From Antedon mediterranea (Eukaryota > Animalia > Echinodermata), in contig NC_092680.1 in the NCBI RefSeq assembly GCF_964355755.1, positions 19,167,045-19,231,044 on the forward strand: DNA of 64,000 bases. The letters run 5' to 3'. Shown one piece after another: positions 1 through 13,600 of the stretch. The notes beneath the pieces were generated by a model. That model saw only the letters and a list, made by a program, of their open reading frames with translations. It was not told the DNA's origin and did not search any database. Every line of letters begins with the position of its first letter. Within the stretch, counting starts at the first letter, position 1. The position numbers and the translations under genes were made by a program.

Positions 1-354
1 CCTTGAAAAATGTGAACGCACTTCAGTATGAACTGACTCAGATAAACCATACCAACGGGGAAACTCATTTCTCCATGGTCAGACCGAGAAACTATTCCCC
101 CATGGTCACACTGGAACTATACAAACATATGTTTCATTTCCGAATACAGTTGGATTGTTCCTCCCAATGAATTTACAATAAAAATGTCAGAATTATACTT
201 TTTTTAGTCACAAGAATGCATATTCGCAGGAAAACATAATAGTCATAGCTGGCCTAAGAACAATTATTGAACATTTGCGATAAATATAATATTTATTGTA
301 AATTCTGATCGTGAGAAACCGTATTATTGTCGGGACTGTTCGTAATGTGTAGTA

Positions 355-1030
355 TACGAATACGAATAGAACTTTATTGCAATCGAAAGATTGAAGTTTA
401 ACAAAAGCGTTTCACTCAGAAAAATAACATGCAATATAAAAATATAAAAAACATTAAAAAAGGTAGTACAAACAATCAAAAAATTAAAACAAAATTTCAG
501 TTAAATATTAATTATTATAAAAACTATATATATACATTCATAATGTTAAAAACAAGTTTAACTGAAAACATCAGAAAATTGATATAGGCCTGCAGTATAA
601 AAATTTAAAAATTTGAATGAGTTTATCACAAATATAAGAAAATGTTGACTGAATCGACCAAATACGAATGACACATTAAGAGGCTTCAATATGGCGAGTT
701 CCGCAATTTGTAGGACCTGAAGGAGTATACAATCATCGCCGCAGTGGCGTAACGTAGAGACCCGAGGCCCATGGTTTAGAAACCCTAAGTGGCCCTCCAA
801 CGCTGGCCTTTTCGACATATTTTAATGCCTGTTTTTATTTCCTCTGGGCACTGCTCGGGATCCCCATAAGCTCCGGGGCCCCTTGGTTTAGCCGCCAGTG
901 AGCGCTCATAGCCGTTACGGTCACTGCAAGAATCGAGATAACTATTTCTATAAATTGGACTCTTCTCATAAACTTTAATGAGGATATTTGTTGTTGCCAT
1001 CTGTTTTATTGTAATATTTCTCTAATATTG
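355..1030 (-). mobile_element. Decayed 3' end of a non-LTR retrotransposon (LINE), interrupted by a MITE
   Basis: Minus strand ends in AATAAA followed by a (TATTCG)n tail (~355-378). A frameshifted remnant of the C-terminal C..C...DSVxHFLIxC zinc knuckle lies near 620-690. Confidence 0.5.
742..926. mobile_element. Short GC-rich non-autonomous DNA transposon (hAT-like MITE)
   Basis: Terminal inverted repeats CAGTGGCGTAAC ... GTTACGGTCACTG with internal GGCCC/GGGGCCCC motifs. No intact 8-bp TSD seen. Confidence 0.55.
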
Positions 1031-1045
1031 TTTTACTAACCCGTC

Positions 1046-1446
1046 CGCTAGACCTATTTATAAAGGCACATTTACACAGGAAGATAACGATCGACAAATA
1101 TGCATTTTTTTTTACATAAAACCAAAGAAATATAAAATCTTTTCATTCTAGAACTATAGAATAACCTTCTATGCTTCATTTGATGAAAATGATATTTTAC
1201 ACGTCCAATCAAATGACGTCATGATTAGTAAGAGCAATAATATCGTGACAATACAACGAATTTATTGTTTTTATTGATCGTCATTTGATTGGATTTTGTA
1301 AAAATATTTTTTTTATCAAATATGGCATAAATGATTATCCTATAGTTCTAGAACGAAAACTGTTCTAATTTCTTTTGTTTTATCCAAGAAAAATGTATGT
1401 TTATCTATTTATCGTCGATCGTTATCGCCCTAGTGTGAATGGGACT
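1046..1446. mobile_element. Foldback/palindromic MITE (~400 bp)
   Basis: Arms are mutual reverse complements: GATAACGATCGAC/GTCGATCGTTATC, TTCTAGAACTATAG/CTATAGTTCTAGAA, TCCAATCAAATGACG/CGTCATTTGATTGGA. Confidence 0.7.
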
Positions 1447-4400
1447 TCAGCCTTTTTTAATACACTAAACGTTTATACCGGCCGAGTAACTGATGCAGTA
1501 GTATTCAATCCTATCCTAAATTTAATGAAAACTATTTTTTGCAGTGTATATAGGACGGTCATTTTTACCCTTTGGTATAAAGCGTTTACAGTAAATAAAA
1601 GCCCTACAATTCCGCATTTCAGCTTGACACGTCCAAAGCCTCCGTTGTTTCATGGAAACATCTGATTGTGTAATCCTTTCACATCAACAGCCTGCAAATT
1701 CATTGTCAGATCCTCTGCCTTTTAACATCGCGTGAAATCGTTTAATCAGAATTACAACTTGGCATTATAATGTTGTTTTAATTAATATCGTGTCACCTAA
1801 CATGATAATCACATTCGCGCCATTAGTTTCCTATTTTTTGTATTAATAAACATATAAAAAGTGATGAACAAGATAAACGCGCCTATTTATTATGCAGTTT
1901 GGTTTCAGAAATGTATGAATAAATATTTTTCATTTTGTTTATTCGAACACGTTTCGATTAAGTTGGAAATCGAGCATTTTAATAGCTACCGTAAGATAAG
2001 TGATATATAAAACGTGACACGGATTTGTTTATTACGTTATACTTTTATAACTTTTTAAGCAGAAATGTGATATCACAACAAAAATCCCCAAAAAAAAGTA
2101 CCTGATTCACCTTAAGGACCACGCATTGTTTAAACATTGGAAGACCAGACATTATTATTATTGTGTAAAGTGCAGTAAAAAGGTAGTTGGTGTGAGTTTT
2201 GTTTGAATAAGATCATAATGGTTTATTATTCTTATTTGTTCGCCCAAGATCCTGTATGGTTCAAAATGACAGGACACGAAAAGGTGATTAGGATTTAGAG
2301 TAAATACTATCATGGCCTATAGGACTACGGTACCTTATCAGTTTTATAGTCCTGGTTTTACACCATCAGTTATGGAACACGTTTTTTTGACATTCGATTT
2401 TATACTTGGTGGGACGAATTGTTAGTCTAAAAAAATCCACCAGCAGTAGACAAGCATTGATTTAGAAGGCTTAATGTGATCAATCATCACATACTTGAAC
2501 TCTTTAATCACACATAATGGCATAATATCAAATAATGTTCAATGATATACTTTATTTGGAAAACTGCCGCGTACACTTTTGAAACAGTGGTGGTTATAAA
2601 GAAGATGCGTTTGAAATAATTAAAACAGAGTCAAGAGTACAATAATAGAATGTATCAAATAAATATGTAATTAGTATTAACAATTATTACAATTTAATGT
2701 AGTTGCTTTGGTTCTAGTAATTTAGACATTTTTCGGAGCTTCTCTATTTTTTTATCCATGTTTTTTCTTCATTTTTTTGTTGGTTTGTTTTTTGTCCTTT
2801 AGTTCATTTTGTATTTACAAGGGAAACCTCTCTCCTTCCCCAGTCCTGTACTGGAAACGTTTGCATTTTAAAATGTATTTTATTGAATTTTAGACAGATG
2901 TTTAAATTTGTTGGAATTTGCACGCACATGTTTGCACGTATTCTCTCATTTAACCAGAATCACCTCGTGTATCTGTTTGCCAACCTGCGTCACTATCAAA
3001 CATAATGATATTGTTTATTTACCAATACTATTTGCATTAAACATGAGTGTAATCTTTAGAACAGGTCATCATGAGTATACATTGCGAAAGTTTGTCTTAT
3101 CTTTCAATAAAATGATTGTGTGAACGTGCTGGCCTGAACTTGAACCCTGAATGTTTTCAATATTATAATTTTAATATCATATGGAATAACAACCAGTAAA
3201 TTTGTTTCAATTTGAGGCCAATACTTAAATCGAATTGACTAAATTAAAATTTATTATACGCAATCAGCATTCAGTTATGATATTCATGGTCATATGCTGT
3301 AGATATGCAGCATGTATAACAAACTGGTATACCACATTATTTTATATAACGAGAAATATTGAATGCTACCAACATTATTGTATATAAATGTATTATTTAC
3401 TGACAATTAATTAACAGTAAAATTCTGTGTTGTTAAACTGAGTTGAAAAGTAATGAATATACTGTAAAAACATATTCGTTGTTATATACAGTATGTTTTT
3501 TAATTAATTCGTTATATTTTTTTTAAAGCAAGTGCTTAAAAATAATTTACTTGAAGGAAAATTGTTTTTAAAATAGCCTTGGCCTATACCTATAAGCTAT
3601 CTAAACTAGGCGTATTATCAAAGTAATATATTATAGATATATTAATAGGCCTATTATTTATATAATTTTTTTTATTAAACAAAATAAAGAATCATATGAC
3701 TTATTTATGATATACGGTCGGTATATATATTATTATTATTAATCATTATGAGCTGAAACCTGACCAAAGTAATAAAATGGACAAAATGATGCAAGTGAAA
3801 TGATATGATAGTGCTAAGTTACGCAATGGTTATTCCGAGGACTTTACACTTGACACACCACGCACACTTACATCATGCTCCTATAAATTAGGTCCATGCT
3901 TACTTACATAAATGCCAGGTGTTTAAAAAATGAAAACTCCCCTAAAACAAAGATAAGCTACATAATATCGTAGCCTAATGCACTTTCAAAGACTTTCCAG
4001 AAGTTAGGGTTATTTGACAATGTTTCCAAGTACATATTTATAACTTAAGTGGTCAACCCATCTTTACCCAAGTACTTGCATTATTCTATTTATAACTTTG
4101 TTTACCACGAAAAGGTTGTTATTCAAACTGCCATTCACCAAAATTGTGTACTTTCTTCATTCTCGCGAAGTTTGGTATGGAGCCGATCCTACGCGCCTTT
4201 TACTGTACACCACACCCACGTGACTAATGTCAGAATAAGTCATTAATAGATTGTCTTTGTCTGTTGTATAGTGTCATTAAGGATCATTTAGTTTGTTATG
4301 AATTCCTATAACAAGCATAAAACATGAAAACTATACACCTTATTTTAGGATTGCATAAAACTATATATACACCTATATTTCAATGTGTACGAAAACAACT

Positions 4401-5889
4401 TCGTACAATTGTCACCTACAGCAGCTATGAAAACATAATAATGAACATTATATGCTAAAGATAATATTTTCTAAACTTTTCTAAAAAGTTCACTGGGAAC
4501 GGGACACAATAGTGATAAATTAGTGTTTTGACGACTCTCCGTTTTACAAAACATCGGCCTGCGTGTAAGAAACCTATTTTACGGATGGTTGCTTGCGGAT
4601 TGATAAATAGTAAATTCTAAGCCCCAAGCTATACAGATTTTTTGAACCAATATTTGAACAAGCAACGACGTAATCCAGGTGAAAAGGCTATTTTCGTCTT
4701 CGTAAATAACAATAAGTGCGTGCTTTTGTTGATTGAAACCCCAGTCTGTTGTCGCACTTCGTAACATGTTCGTTCTTGCCTGACCTAGACCCACAACAAA
4801 AGCAAATCTTCCCCTATTGTATTTGCTTCGTTGTTCCCAAAATAACATTTCTTAGTGAGTCACTGATGTTTGTTTTATAGCTTTAACGTTCTCGTTTTTA
4901 ATTGATTTGGGATGAACATAACAAGACTCGGTGACGGTCTTTTTCACGTGTTTGTCTGAATCGGTCACAAACATGTTTTCGTTAACGTTATTTCGACACT
5001 GTGACTATTGTCACCATAAACAAACTAAATACTGTCACTACAAACATTGATAATCAATAGTTGACATTTCGTCAGCGAACAAAGTTAACGGGGGTAGCCG
5101 TATCGATTTAAACTAAAAATTGCCAAAATGTCATCAGCTTTTAAAATTGCGCTTACAATTATCAGCATTTGAACGTGCGCATGTTACGCCACTTCAAATA
5201 CGTATAAGTTTAATACTCAAACAATTTATATTCCTCTGAAATAATGATACCACATAATATGAAAGTAAAAATAATACCGGCAACAATTAGAAAACAATAT
5301 AATTATATCTAATAGTTGCGTACTGTATTCTTCGAAATTTTTACTAATAATAAAACTTAAGCGTTTGTAAAGTATGTTTTATTGTTTTGCTAAACTACAT
5401 CTACAAACTAATAAACACGCAACATTATGTGATTGGCATTATGTATTATTCTTCTTTATTACATCCGCTTTATTATTGATTATTGATTATTGTTTTTGGG
5501 GGTTTGTAAACAGGATAACGTCTAAGATGAATCTTATTACATTTTGTAGACAATCCGGATCAGGATCCCAATTTTAGACCGCTTTTAATTTATCTTTTAA
5601 AAAAAGGTATAGGCCTATAACGTTATATTTTTTTTTGTATGAATGGGCCTAAGGCTAGTTTGTGTCTTTTTATGTGAAATGTAAGGCAGTTCATTATTGG
5701 TCCCTTTAAAACTAGCCTACCTTTGACTGAATTAAAATGCTTTATAAGATTTAAAGTGTTACTGATAAAGTTGATCAAATTGTAATGACATTAGAAATTA
5801 TCCAATGTGAAAATAATGAAACTAATATGATGATTTTATGGTGATGACATGAGAGATGATAATAATATGAATAAAAGTGGTGTTTACGC

Positions 5890-6637
5890 CACAAGGGGTA
5901 AAAATGCTTGTAGGAATTTCACCAGATTAGAACGTTCTGCTTTGACCCACATTTTTTGGGGTATGTAACCCAAAGATTTACAAATGATGTAACACAAGTA
6001 ATCCTGGTCAAATCATAACACAGGATTATGTAAGATGTGTAGTACTAACGAAAAAGAAACAGTAAATCATTTTTTATTTAAATGTCCTTCTTTAAACTCT
6101 GTTAGAAATGATGTATACTTGGATCTTAAGAACAACCTCATAGACAATAATTTAAGTATGTACTGGGATAATTTTAATTGTGGATCTCAAGAATTAAAAC
6201 ACCACTTTATGGTAGACAATTTATTCACTGAAAATGAAACATTAGGAGAAATCTTTGATTTTTATTATACAAAATATTTAATGAAATACAATTTTATCAG
6301 CATTACCTCTCTCAACTAATTGATTAATATAGTAAACAAGCTACAGACATCTCTATGAGGATGTATCTGTAAGATTTTTTTATTTATTTTTATTCATTAT
6401 CCTGTATTTTTTTTTTTCGGTTTTTATTTTTGTAGTTATATATATATTTTACAGTTTACGTATATATGTATTTTCATATATATCTAATTAATTAGTTTAC
6501 ATTTTGTTTTGATGTTATGTGTTAGTATTTAGAACTTTGTAGCTTATGTTATTTGTATTTTGTCTGTAAAATGGAAGCACCATTAACTGATATGAGTGCC
6601 ACCGATATAAAGGTGATTCCTATGAATAAAAAAAAAA
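5890..6637 (+). mobile_element. LINE 3' fragment (ORF2 C-terminal CCHC knuckle, 3' UTR, poly-A)
   Basis: CKMC-STNEKETVNHFLFKCP motif (ORF 6035-6319), then a T-rich UTR ending in AATAAA merged with an A-run at ~6625-6637. Confidence 0.7.
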
Positions 6638-7455
6638 GTAGGCCTACCGTCGATTCAGTACAATCGTATTACATAAGTTTAGAAAATGAATAAAAACACA
6701 ATACGTTTGAATTTAAACGCCCTAATTTCTAACCACACTACAGGTGTATAAAAACCTCATAATTAATATAATTGTAAATAAACAGTTATTTAGAATACAC
6801 AGGCAGTGATTGCTTATCGATCCACAAAATTAACAATATTATTCGATTTCATCATTAATTTGCAGCTGTCATAACACAAGTCTTGATTCCGGTAAGACGG
6901 TGTCACGTGTGCAAAGGTGTGTTACTCATATGTTTTGGTAACATCTATATTTCTAAATATCAATAGAAAACGAAAGTAATCATTTACATAACTTATTTAT
7001 TTAGTTTAAAGTCGCCACTAATCGGGTTGCTGTGTGTAATCGATTAGGCTGAATTATGAGGGTGTTGTTGTATGTGTATTGTCTTGTCGTCGCATAACAC
7101 AATACAAATACTCTTGTTTTAATTATAGCCTGCTTAGTATTTTATTTGTGTTATACCATTGAGAAATAACTTAGTTAGAAATAACTTATTTCACCATGGT
7201 TATACATAATTATAATTGTTAAATTTCAAATATTGCGTCATAGTTCATGATTTGAATTTCTAACACCAGGCATAAAAAAAGGCCTACAAAATAAATATTA
7301 TTTCACGCAACATATTATTTTAACATTATTCCATTCGTTTTTCTTTGTAACAAAATGGTACTGTAGTAAAGTATAAGTTTGAAGAGTTACCGACATATGA
7401 ATTTAACATTTAACATAACATAAGTTTATTTTACTCATATTTGTTGGGTCTCTAA

Positions 7456-7925
7456 AGCTCTGTTTACACTATCAAACTTTATGTGACACAAAATGTGATA
7501 TGCCCATATATGGACACGATGATATCATATCACTACCAACATTTTGTTGAATAGGTCTATGCCATTTTAATGTCACATAATATTTATATCTTTGACCAAA
7601 AATTGGATCTAAAAAAATTATTTACCTGAAAAAACTGTTATTTAAATCAAAAAAATTGTCAAATTTGCTGCCAGCCAATGGATTTTGTGTCAAATTTAAC
7701 CATTTATTATGTTATTTTATAAGTGAAAACATTATTTTTTTTTTTTCGAATTTATTTCTATGGAAGTGATTAACTTTATTAAAACTACAAAATAACCTAT
7801 TCAAAGTCTGATTTAATTAATCTTTATTTTGTTATGTTTTTGGGGGACAATACCTCTTTAAGCATGTCACTACCATATTTGGGCATCTTTTTTTGTCAAA
7901 CTAGTGTGATAGTGTAGACAGAGCT
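7456..7925. mobile_element. MITE family 1 (TIR AGCTCTGTCTACACTATCAAAC, PIF/Harbinger-like) with a nested family-3 element
   Basis: Left TIR at 7456, right TIR ATAGTGTAGACAGAGCT ending 7925, internal ATCACTACCATATTTGGGC subrepeats. Other copies at ~13120, 21086, 21255, 46875, 54800, 57084. Confidence 0.8.
7556..7861. mobile_element. MITE family 3 (TTAA-flanked, Kolobok-like), 5'-truncated, nested in the family-1 MITE
   Basis: Ends GGGGACAATACCTCT-TTAA; homologous to 44783-45078 and 50711-51027. Confidence 0.65.
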
Positions 7926-8357
7926 AAGGTGGAGGTTTTACGGTACGTGTCGGCAATGTATAATGCAGTATTTATAAAAACGATACTTTCTCCTTTTTAT
8001 GTTATACAAAATATTGGTACATCCACTTACAAAATGAGATTGTAATCAAATTATTAATCAATGTGCAAAATGACAAACTACTTTGAAATTTCCGTGGTAT
8101 ATTATTATTAGGCCTATTGTTATTGCAAAATGAGATCACATTCACTAGCAATTTGTTTCTGAATTGCATCAGTTGAATTCATCTCAGGAGTGTTTTAAAA
8201 TTATAGGGTTCAAATTCGTTTTATCTATAGGGAAATATTAACATTCGTTTCTGATACAAACAGCTATGCTATGTTTAATTTACTGTTACTGGCAACCAAT
8301 AAAACGATATAAATATTATAGGAAAGATGATAAAATAAATTGCTGATCTGAACCTTT

Positions 8358-8588
8358 GCGAGTTGTGGCTTGGTGGTTATGATGCTTGGCTACCACTCCA
8401 AGGGTCCTGGGTTCAAGTCCCGTCACATGTCAGGGTTTTTTTCTAAGGACAAAATTACAACTCCACTCCCAAAGACTTTGTTTATGTAGAGCATCTTGTG
8501 TATATGTTTGTCTTGTGAACCTTTGAGGGTCCCTAATGATCAGCAATTGCTGGATGGATCACCCTCAATAAATATCGTAAAAAAAAAA
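8358..8588 (+). mobile_element. tRNA-derived SINE (Gly-like head)
   Basis: A box TGGCTTGGTGG, anticodon-like arm CTTGG-CTACCACT-CCAAG, B box GGTTCAAGTCC, unrelated body, AATAAA and A-tail. Its 3' end recurs inverted at ~51029-51070. Confidence 0.75.
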
Positions 8589-9169
8589 CCTATCTGTTGC
8601 ATTATAGATGTCGAATCAAATTTTGGGATATAATGTGTAAAGAAAGGGTTTGTTTATGCCACTGAAAATTTACGCTTGGTCTAGAACTTGTTGAGGCTAC
8701 CGTACTGAGTGCACCTGAGTGAATACTTTTAATGTCAATGGTAGTGTTGCCATAGATTTTGTTACTGCAGGCCTATACCCTCTTCTATACTTAATATCGT
8801 TTGTTGTTTTGGGTCTATTTCGCAATGATGGATTTCTATTTCATTTCCACAGGAAATTGTTGGTTATATAAAGGTAATAAAGGTGTTTTCAATTTATATA
8901 ACGCATATAAACTGCGTTTCCTTATGTCTTGTTGACTTTGTGAAAAGACTAAACATTTTTCCAACCACAAGTCGTGTTTGTTGTGCGTGTCATGTCTCTG
9001 TATAACCACCACTATTCTGTATTGCTTAAGTATAAAGACTGATTTCAATGCTTATTTTTTCTCACAAAAGGTCCGTTAAGCTTTCCCACTTGGACGCAAC
9101 GCAAGGACCACGTCGTCGTTGCGTCGGCGTCCAAAAATTTGAACAAAACTATTAGGCGTAGTTATTTAC

Positions 9170-9887
9170 GGGTGTCACGAAACCTAAGACCACGAAAGCT
9201 AAGATCTCCTAAGACCTAAGATCACGAAAGCTAAGACCCAAGAACTAAGATTACAAATTCTAAGATATACTACAGCTTAAAAACAATACTTGTTTATCCA
9301 TACATAATTTTAAACATAGTAGGTTTCATTTATTACCACAAATAAAATTAAATACTACCGCAAAACATAGATAAACTCACGTTATTTTCGCCCGTTGAGT
9401 AAATGTATATTTTTTCTTTACAACAAACAAACTTGACGGGTTGTTTGTTGGTATATATTTACTCCATTGTGTTGGTTCAGAGGATGTTTTTCTTTCGCAC
9501 AATTTTAATTTTACATTGTTCCATCCACACTGTAGATGGTCTCCACAGAGTTTTCAGCTCTTTTGACGTTCCATAGAAACAAAAACATTGAACATGGGGT
9601 AGGCCTACTGTACTGTTAGGCTAGTCATGCAAAATTCGCAAACAGTATGTGTGCGAGAAAAACGTCTGTAAAATCATCAATTTAAAAATGTATTTGTTAC
9701 TTTTTATGTGATTCTTTTTCATAAAAGTGCTAATTCTAAGGTGTGGTATTCAGATTCATGTTGGGAGTTAAAATACAAGGCAGGTGCGAAAGATAAATAT
9801 TTGTAATCTTAGTTCTTGGGTCTTATCTTTCGTGATCTTAGGTCTTAGGGGGTCTTAGCTTTCGTGGTCTTAGGTTTCGTGACACCC
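9170..9887. mobile_element. Non-autonomous DNA transposon with ~90-bp TIRs and perfect 10-bp TSD (Mutator/Foldback-like)
   Basis: TIR GGGTGTCACGAAACCTAAGACCACGAAAGCTAAGA... is mirrored at 9800-9887. AGTTATTTAC occurs at both 9160-9169 and 9888-9897. Confidence 0.9.
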
Positions 9888-12800
9888 AGTTATTTACCGG
9901 GTAAAGTTGGTTTCATGGCACTGCACGCTACTTTGGTGGAAGATGAACCAACTTAGTAAATATAGCCTAAACATGCTCTGTGATGATAATTTTCCGATTA
10001 GACTGTGAAGAGTTGATAGCTTGGTTGGTTAATGATAGTCCTAATATTCGGCTGCCCGATTTTTGAATCCTTATAGACTATAGGTTTAAATCCTTTACTC
10101 ATGACAAAAACAACTTTACCGTCAAAGCCTAAATCTATGTTTATATAAAGGGCATATAACATGTGTGTGGATCGTGTGGGTTGTCAAAAAAACGCTATTT
10201 ATAGTCATTAGAAATAGGTATAAACGAATAAATTGATTTGGAATTTGAAAATTTTATTTTAAGAGAACAGATACAAACGTGTTAATGGTATAATTTGTAG
10301 ACTCAAAGAGAAAGGTATCTCTTTAAAAATAGGCTAGCAATCAATCCTGAAATACGTAGACATATTATATGTTTCCTTCTTCTTGAATATTATTAAAATT
10401 CAAATATTAAGACCCTTTATATGAGGATCAAAGGCGGTTGATTCCTTTGAACATTGTCGACAGTGCAATCAGTTGATAATTAGTCACGATTCTTCAATTA
10501 CAGATCAGTAGAAGGCCGAGGAATGCGTTATACTGATCATCTGGGAGCCAACGTGTAATAGTAATCAGTCTTACAGATTCAACAAACTGACAGCGCAGAA
10601 GAAGGAATTGAAATGACGTAAGTTTACAGTAATAATGAACTTTTTGTATCATAGCAAAGATACCCCGCCCTGATCTCCATCCCGTCCTTCCTCACCTCAG
10701 GGCGGTTTTTGCGCCGCTCCTTTACCAGTTATATTGAAGAGAATGAAAGCATATAGGAAACAATTACCATACGGAAGCTTTCAGTTATACTAAAGGCTAA
10801 CAAAAATGGGAATTTGTACACTAGAACTGGACATGCGCACATCCCAAAGCATGTCTGGGAAAAGTCTAAATTGGAATTTGTAAACTCGGACTGGGCATGC
10901 GCTCTGGAAATTGATCAAATAGAATATCAATAAAAGCATTTTTAGCGGCGGTTTTTTGTAATTTCCAAATTGTTTTTCCAAATAATGCCCAATTCCGGTA
11001 CAATAATCATGATACAACTAAAGGGCGTTAATTCATTATTTAGTCACAATTATTTCGGTTCAATTTAAATTACATTGATCCAATGTATGTGGTGTCGTTT
11101 TATTTTTTCTAGTATTAATTTATTGAACAAATTTGTAGCTAGAGAATTTGAAGAATTTTGTTTATGTAATTCATGGTTTTATAATAGTTGTCATTAATAT
11201 CCTATCTTAGAACAAAGCCTCGGCACATGCTCTGGCATAAAATGGTTATGATTGGTTAAATGAATTGTGTTGCGTGCGTCCTAGTATGAATCAAGCCGAG
11301 GAAAACTATACCGAGGCATGCATCGTGTTGTATTATAGACAGTATGCCACTCACTTCTCAGTTTATGTTGTAAGGTATCGTGTGGCAGACGAAACGTGCC
11401 CACGACTAGGTATACGAAACAGAAATAGCAACATCATAACAGCTGAAAATCAGATATGAATACGATACATGTTTCTAATTTCAAAATCGAATAATGATCT
11501 AAAATAAATCAAACAGTTGCTCTTAAATTCGAAATTTCACAAATTCTGGTTTGGTCTAGTCTGGCTGCCTGGTCGTTTGCAACCCGGCTCTTTACCATTA
11601 TCATGGTACAGTGTGCATGCGACACGCATGATTGACCAGCACGCTATACGTCTCTGCGTTTCAAATATGTATATCTAAGCATTCATTATGCATTGCTCAA
11701 TACCATGACGACGATGTTGACGATAATGCCAATATCTTAATTTTGTAGACAAACACATGTTGTTTCCCTACAATATAACAAATATTTCATTCGTCATTCA
11801 TTCGATGACCTAAATATGTGCCGGTATATTTAAATTCAAATATTGAAAAAATGTTTCATTCTTCATAATTCACAATATGGTATAGAGCACTAGGTACCGG
11901 TACATTTCATAGTAATGATTCATTACCTAAAAATCTGACAATTTGCCAGATACCGTACTCATTAAAAAATCTATGTTAATATATGTTTGGCAAATTGCCA
12001 ATAGTTTTGAATTGTCGTGTTCTTGCTATCTTGTTAATCATCGAGTATTTTTACTAAATCATTAACCTTGATGTTGCAAAGATAATCAATGACATTTCCA
12101 ACAAAATTGTTTTGTTTAGATAGGCCTAATTACCAATAATATGAAAAAGATTTAAAAAAAAACCAATATATTGCTGCCAACATATACACGATAGTTCTAA
12201 TTATAATCTACTAATAATCTCCAGAAGGTTTTTAGAATCAGTGCCTCAATCTTTCTTGGAACTTTCGACAAATGCTCACCAGGAACTGGGTGACGTAACC
12301 AATCGTTTTCGGTTTTAGACCGCGATCCCAGGTCAGGAAAATGCTTTATTTTTAGACCTACTGGTCCTTTAAATAACTAGTTCCAGGAATACCGGTGGGA
12401 AAGCCAATGGCATTGTGCAGAAAAATGGGATTTCCAAACCGTACCCTTACACAATATGTTCTCTCGCTTGTGATTGGTCAACTTACTACGTTGCGCTTAT
12501 GTCATTGCGTTGCGTCTCTAGAGGGAACCAGTCACATACTCTCATAACGTGTAAATACAGCATGAGACTTGCTGGTAAGTCTACCCTAAACTCATTACGA
12601 TGACACGGATACTATAATTATGGCTCTAAACTAAAATTGTAATTTATATTTCAATTTTACCTATAAAAAGTGCCGAATTAAATAGTTTTCGTTTAAATTC
12701 ATTTTTTGACATGCCTTACCCACAATGTTGATGTTGCCAGACAAAATTTTATTTAATAAACGAACTTCACATTAGTATGGTTCAAAGTTCTGTATAATAA

Positions 12801-13331
12801 AACAGTAATTATTCTGTCTTGTGTTGAAGAATTATAAATACATGCGGTACACATTGGGGGGAAATACCAGGTAATCTAAATGATTCACTTGGCGGCATTG
12901 CTTTGATCATGACACACCTGGTAAGGTTGACAGCGTATGTTTATATTGAACGCTTACAATTAAAATTTAATGTATTTGTTCTTAATAATATGGCAAACAT
13001 TCATATCTTTATAACGTGTTTTGTTCGTGTGCCAAAGAACAGACTAAGTCTGCAGTACTAGGAAAATCCAAAGCCGGCCGCTGCAAAATGAATGTAAATA
13101 TACTCAGGCTGACCACCAAAGCTCTGTCTACACAATCAAACTTTATGTGACAAAAAAAATGTGATGTGCCTATATATTGACATGATGATGTCACATCACT
13201 ACCATATTTGGCCACATCACAAACTCTTATGGGTTAACCATGCATTTTCCTAATTTTATATTTTATATTACTATTTTACACCTCCTTGGGGTAACCAACT
13301 GTTTTTCAAAGTACTGTAGTAGTATTGTACT

Positions 13332-13600
13332 GTAAAACCGGTATGGTACCGTACCGTAAAACCGGTATGGTACCGTAAAACCGATATGGTACCGTAAAAC
13401 CGGTATGGTACCGTAAAACCGGTATGTTATTGTAAAACCGGTATTCTACCGTAAAATCGGTATGGTACGGTAAAACCGGTATTGTACCGTAAAACCGGTA
13501 TGGTACCGTAAAACCGGTATGGTACCGTAAAACCGGTATGTTATTGTAAAACCGGTATGGTACGGTAAAACCGGTATTGTACCGTAAAACCGGTATGGTT
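13332..13600. repeat. 19-bp minisatellite, ~14 units
   Basis: Unit GTAAAACCGGTATGGTACC repeated head-to-tail without spacers. Confidence 0.95.

Noticed and set aside
8358-8430. Functional tRNA-Gly gene
   Set aside because: 8-nt anticodon loop, poor acceptor stem, and it continues into a SINE body with an A-tail.
13332-13600. Palindromic 19-bp repeats as CRISPR or iterons
   Set aside because: Contiguous tandem units without spacers; an ordinary minisatellite.
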